Positions 61,983-64,000 of a stretch of DNA of 64,000 bases are shown piece by piece. Numbering within the stretch: position 1 is the first letter of the stretch; each line of letters begins with the position of its first letter. Under the pieces are notes generated by a model. The model saw only the letters and a list, made by a program, of their open reading frames with translations, was not told where the DNA came from and did not search any database. This DNA comes from an uncultured candidate division Zixibacteria bacterium. Lineage in GTDB: Bacteria; Zixibacteria; MSB-5A5; UBA10806; 4484-95. The stretch covers positions 1,056,001 to 1,120,000 of the forward strand of contig CAXXKA010000008.1 in assembly GCA_963668625.2 (NCBI GenBank), read 5' to 3'. Both the position numbers and the translations under genes were made by a program.

Positions 61983-62176
61983 AAGGCCGGTTATAAACCC
62001 GGCTTAGAACCGGTCACCATACACTACTATACGGTGTTTATCGTTTTACTTCTCCCGGAAGATATTTGCAAAAACTATTCTTCAATACGATTGGATAGTA
62101 AACGTGTTATGAGGTTGTTTTGATTCCATCCTTGCACGTCTATTCCCCGGATCGGACATTAATGCTTATTATATTA

Positions 62177-62968
62177 TTAATCTTTTAACCACTTCTCCAA
62201 TATTTCAGTGGACTCTTTTTTCACCCGGGCCGTTTCGGCTATGCCTAAGCTATTATTATCGGAGACGACCACCTCTTGAACCAGGCTGATGGCTTTATCT
62301 TTCTGATCACGTTCGTATAGCACCTCGGCAAGGTATTGTTTGCCATACAAATTGTCCGGCGCCAGCGCTATTGCCCGCTCGAGGTATCTCTGCGATTTCT
62401 CCTTTGAGGGCCAGCCCAGTATGAACGGTATCTTCGGTGATTTGAAATGAACCCGCCCCAGTATCCGATACCCACCGGCATCACCGAACAGGCTATCGAG
62501 CTGTATGGCTTTCTGGCAATAATCGCGTATTTTCCCGGCTGCACCTTCACGGGCGGCTTTAAGCTTTCCGTATTCCTCCGCCCAGACGCCGTATAGTATG
62601 GCAGTCCAGAGATTAATCCCGGCTGATTCGGGGAAATGCTCCAGGCTTTCCACGCCGAGCTTCTTGCCATCATCGTATATTCGCTTTTTCAGCTCTTTGT
62701 CATCCGTAGTGAAATTACCTTTAAAATAGTAAGCACGCAAAAGTTTCCAGGTAGCCTCGACTTTCGTATCGTACGAGGATGATTCCATGGCCTGACGGTA
62801 GAGATCGATGGCCAGGTCAATCTCGGCGGAATCGGCGATCTGGGTTTCGGTATCGAACGAGTCGCCGCGATGCTCGTATAAGCTGTCGGCGGTGGCGATT
62901 AGCTCATCAGCGGAGCCCACATTCCAGAGGCACAGCAAGCCGGCTATGATTAGAAAGGCTTTTTTCAT
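62177..62968 (-). CDS. Secreted TPR-like helical protein
   Basis: Signal peptide; KAIQLD....AGGYRILGR....P, YLERAIALAP..LY..YLAE. Confidence 0.7.
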   Translation of the reverse strand: MKKAFLIIAGLLCLWNVGSADELIATADSLYEHRGDSFDTETQIADSAEIDLAIDLYRQAMESSSYDTKVEATWKLLRAYYFKGNFTTDDKELKKRIYDDGKKLGVESLEHFPESAGINLWTAILYGVWAEEYGKLKAAREGAAGKIRDYCQKAIQLDSLFGDAGGYRILGRVHFKSPKIPFILGWPSKEKSQRYLERAIALAPDNLYGKQYLAEVLYERDQKDKAISLVQEVVVSDNNSLGIAETARVKKESTEILEKWLKD

Positions 62969-63198
62969 TTTAAATCCTTTTATTAAAAGTAAGATTCTTA
63001 TTCAGTTTTGCTTTATGTGGCAAATAATAATATCAATTCTAATATATTTCCATAATAATATGGTTAAGAACTACCGGACAAATATTTTTATCGGTTTACG
63101 ATAAGATCACCCGCGAAAAGAAACTATAGTGGCTAAATCATCGTAAATAGACTATACTGGTTTCGTGGTATGGAAGTTAAGAACGTGATCGGAGAAAT

Positions 63199-64000
63199 AT
63201 GGCATTCGAGAAACAACCCTTTTTGTTCTCGGCATTAGTCGGGCAAGAGAAACTGAAAACCGCCTACCTGGCCAATATCGTAAATCCGAAAATCGGTGGG
63301 CTTCTAATTAGCGGTCCCAAAGGTACGGGCAAAAGTACTATCGTTCATTCGATAATTACCGTATTGCCCGAGTATGAGGCGATTGCCGACTGCCGTTTCA
63401 ACTGCGATCCCGATCACCCGGAAAAACACTGTACTCTCTGCCGTGAAAAAGAAAACCATGAGACCAAAAGGAATAAGATGCGCGTGGTGAACCTCCCCCT
63501 TAGCTGTACCGAGGACAGGTTGATCGGCAGTATCGATATCGAGAAACTTCTGAAAACCGGCGAGAAAAAAATCGAGGTCGGAATATTAGGCGAGGCCAAC
63601 CGCAATATACTTTATATCGATGAGGTCAATCTTCTGCCGGATCACCTGGTGGATGATATCCTGGATGCCGCCGCCTCTCCCTGGAACACGATAGAACGAG
63701 AAGGTCTTTCGATAACGCATCCGGCAGATTTTATACTGGTGGGCACGATGAATCCGGAGGAAGGCGAGCTTCGACCGCAAATCCTCGACCGGTTCCCGAT
63801 CAATGTAAAGGTGGAATCGATAACCGATCCCCGCCTGCGAGTGGAGATCGTAAAACGTAATCTTCTGCATGAAAACAATCCCGATAAATTCAATGAGCTG
63901 TTCGAGGCGGACCAGAAGTCTATCGGTAGTATTATCGTTAAGGCAAAGAGATATCTACCCCGAGTACAAATCGCCGAGTCGTATATTTACGCCATAGCCG
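63199..64000 (+). CDS. Mg-chelatase subunit I (BchI/ChlI)-like AAA+ ATPase, 3' truncated by window
   Basis: Not in ORF track; PFLFSALVGQE, GPKGTGKS, TEDRLIGSIDIE, ANRNILYIDEVNLL, TMNPEEGELRPQILDRF. Confidence 0.9.
   Translation, partial: MAFEKQPFLFSALVGQEKLKTAYLANIVNPKIGGLLISGPKGTGKSTIVHSIITVLPEYEAIADCRFNCDPDHPEKHCTLCREKENHETKRNKMRVVNLPLSCTEDRLIGSIDIEKLLKTGEKKIEVGILGEANRNILYIDEVNLLPDHLVDDILDAAASPWNTIEREGLSITHPADFILVGTMNPEEGELRPQILDRFPINVKVESITDPRLRVEIVKRNLLHENNPDKFNELFEADQKSIGSIIVKAKRYLPRVQIAESYIYAIA

Noticed and set aside
1237-63893. Many short antisense or overlapping ORFs in the track (e.g. 1237-1683, 23250-23897, 37639-38157, 63414-63893)
   Set aside because: Shadow frames of well-supported genes on the other strand or frame

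Overview
Bacterial chromosomal window, probably from an FCB-related lineage such as candidate Zixibacteria (inferred from secreted proteins ending in a QNYPNPFN...KM-x-L-x-K sorting domain). Bases 1 to about 18100 are the right part of an integrated island that ends at a degenerate 3' tRNA(CAT) copy (probable attR). The island carries a four-gene ubiquitin-like conjugation operon (Ubl ending GG-RR, E2 fused to a coiled coil and four Cys4 repeats, JAMM protease, E1), a Kiwa (kwaAB) anti-phage system, and an AT-rich seven-gene cluster (NMT1/SsuA-type ABC transporter, two membrane proteins with probable ligand-binding folds, a TyrRS-like Rossmann enzyme and an AsnB-like amidotransferase) behind a long structured leader. 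An IS481 element and a truncated IS256 follow. The rest is mostly host genes: typA, two RND efflux operons (both with frameshifts), ECF sigma/anti-sigma, hipBA, tonB-exbBD, AraC, ABC transporter, two-component systems and a partial Mg-chelatase-like ATPase. An IS1-family element of about 3 kb at 44.7-47.6 kb carries small passenger genes and several candidate structured RNAs. All calls come from motif recognition by eye; no searches were run.
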